NCBI GenBank assembly: GCA_023254095.1
Contig: JALNLM010000001.1
Location: forward strand, 128,001-192,000
Direction of reading: 5' to 3'
DNA: 64,000 nt
Source: Candidatus Geocrenenecus huangii
GTDB taxonomy: Archaea; Thermoproteota; Nitrososphaeria_A; Caldarchaeales; Wolframiiraptoraceae
The notes beneath the pieces are model-generated. The model did no database searches, had not been told where the DNA came from, and worked only from the letters and a program-made list of their open reading frames with translations. The position numbers were made by a program, and so were the translations under genes. Position 1 is the first letter of the stretch. Each line of letters begins with the position of its first letter. Of this stretch, positions 62,293 to 64,000 are shown piece by piece.

Positions 62293-62461
62293 TTCAAGTT
62301 TTAGATTATTGAAACCTTAAGATAAATATTGTTTTCTCTCTTTCAAAGAGAGTGAAGTTGTAGTTTACAACAACAAATAGTTAAATAGTCACTCAGAAGT
62401 AGCATTCATCATTTTTGCCATCAAATTATACTTTTTCTGATCGAACGTTAACACAGATGTA

Positions 62462-64000
62462 TTAGACCTCGCTACCTATTACTTTCTCTAGTATTTCTAC
62501 AGCTTTCTCTATTCCCATATCCCATATGTATGGTCCAAGTCTTGGACCGTGATCTCTTCCAAGAAATATCTGGTAGAGTTTCTTGAAGAATTCAGGTGGA
62601 TCGATACCTTGTTCTCTAGCTACAGTGAAGATTTTGTTCTGGACTTCGTTAGGTGAACCTGCTCGAGAGAACTCATTAACCAGTTTTATAACTGCTTCTC
62701 TTTCTTGACTAGTTAAGGCTACAGGTTTCTTCTTGATTTCTCCGAAGTCTCTAGCATAGTTTACGGCTAGCTTGATCTTCTTGATTTCATCATCTCCTAT
62801 CTTGTAACCATATTTCGTAAGCCTGCTAACTATGAATTCTTCTTTCTTATCTTCTGGAGCGACTAATGCTAGGTCAACTATAAGTGAGTAGGGTATATGA
62901 GTTGAAGATTTTGCAGGAGGTTTAAGTAGATTCGAGTAGAGATATAATCCTTTAAGCTTTTCTCTCTCCACAACATTTTCTATCCTTATTTTATCGAAGT
63001 AAACGTCTTCTAGATAATCATATTCGTCCATGAGTTTAGGTATAGTCTCATATGAGATAATCCTCGTACCTACAACTCTTTTAAAGAATAGGAGGAGGAG
63101 ACTCTGGGGTGAGCCATATTTATACCACTCTTGTGGCGTGAAGACGTTTCCAGCTGATTTAGATATTTTCCTACCTGACTTATCCAGGAATAATTCATAT
63201 CTAACATGCATCGGAGGCTCGTAGCCTAGGATATTTTTCGAGACCCAATCATTTACTTTAACTGAGTCGGCTATGTCTTTACCATATGCTTCAAACCTAA
63301 CGTCTAAAGCCGACCATCTAGCTGCAAACTCCGTCTTCCATGCAAGCTTACCGTCATCTCTCCGAATATCAGCGACACCTTCAAAACCACATCCATTATA
63401 CCATCTTCCTTTAATCTCCACTCCAGCACATCTATAGTGTACGATTCTCCTCTCAGGATCATAATTGTAGGATTGAGTAGTATAGATTCGCCCACAATTC
63501 TTGCATATAGCGAAGTATGGCAAGACTTTGAGGTATTTTTCCTGACCTGTAAGTTCAGCTATAATGTTGCCTATCTTGTTTGAGTTTAATAGTATTTTAT
63601 GTATAGCTTCTGAAAGCATCCCACTAGCATAGGTTTCTCTACCAGATCTGAATACGTATTCTATCCCCGCAATGTCTAATGCTTCCCGAAGCATACCGCT
63701 CATATGATCTGAGAAGGACTTATGGCATCCGAATGGGTCGAGTATGCTTGAGACAGGCATAAGCAAGTATTCTTCTAATTGCTTCGGGAAGCCCGCGGGT
63801 ACTTTTCTTAAACCATCCATATCATCTGTGAAAGCGATTGTTTCAGCTCTATACCCCATTTCCCTCAAAGCCATAACTATTCCATGAGCTCTTACAGCAT
63901 CCGCCATACTGCCTATATGAGGTATGCCTGAGGCGCCTAGACCGCTCTCCGTCCTGATCAAGTTTAAGCGTCTTCCTAGAGCTTTTTCCCGTTCAATCAA
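62462..64000 (-). CDS. lysS: Class I lysyl-tRNA synthetase (N-terminus beyond window edge)
   Basis: SGIPHIG, DDMDGLRKVP, GKLAWK, EAYGKD, KISKS, GPRLG. Confidence 0.95.
   Translation of the reverse strand: MIEREKALGRRLNLIRTESGLGASGIPHIGSMADAVRAHGIVMALREMGYRAETIAFTDDMDGLRKVPAGFPKQLEEYLLMPVSSILDPFGCHKSFSDHMSGMLREALDIAGIEYVFRSGRETYASGMLSEAIHKILLNSNKIGNIIAELTGQEKYLKVLPYFAICKNCGRIYTTQSYNYDPERRIVHYRCAGVEIKGRWYNGCGFEGVADIRRDDGKLAWKTEFAARWSALDVRFEAYGKDIADSVKVNDWVSKNILGYEPPMHVRYELFLDKSGRKISKSAGNVFTPQEWYKYGSPQSLLLLFFKRVVGTRIISYETIPKLMDEYDYLEDVYFDKIRIENVVEREKLKGLYLYSNLLKPPAKSSTHIPYSLIVDLALVAPEDKKEEFIVSRLTKYGYKIGDDEIKKIKLAVNYARDFGEIKKKPVALTSQEREAVIKLVNEFSRAGSPNEVQNKIFTVAREQGIDPPEFFKKLYQIFLGRDHGPRLGPYIWDMGIEKAVEILEKVIGSEV

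Overview
Core-chromosome window from a thermophilic archaeon. L13e, a single-OB crenarchaeal-type SSB, class I LysRS, archaeal MAT, NreA and NucS point to a TACK lineage; Aigarchaeota/Caldarchaeales-like is an inference. It holds about 60 genes. Energy and redox: K+-independent H+-PPase, 2-oxoacid and indolepyruvate:ferredoxin oxidoreductases, two xanthine-dehydrogenase-family Mo enzymes with MocA/XdhC, a tungsten AOR-family enzyme, a CydAA'-type bd oxidase, peroxiredoxin and SOD. Also present are translation and repair genes, a polar amino-acid ABC transporter and a KaiC-like module. Elements missing from the ORF track that I read directly from the sequence: a dual-guide C/D box sRNA (predicted targets in the 23S P-loop and peptidyl-transferase region), a complete IS6 element with 17-bp TIRs and an 8-bp TSD, an IS5 remnant, a zinc-ferredoxin pseudogene, a 45-aa coiled-coil ORF, and a GTTCG-N5-CGAAC palindrome shared by an Lrp regulator and cydAA'. 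Best candidates for uncharacterised systems: a five-gene SPFH/zinc-ribbon membrane operon, a coiled-coil/Zn-ribbon + wHTH operon between SSB and Hjc, a secreted coiled-coil + transmembrane wHTH pair, and a wHTH-TusA fusion. I saw no CRISPR array, tRNA or rRNA. All family calls come from motif recognition by eye; no database searches were run.
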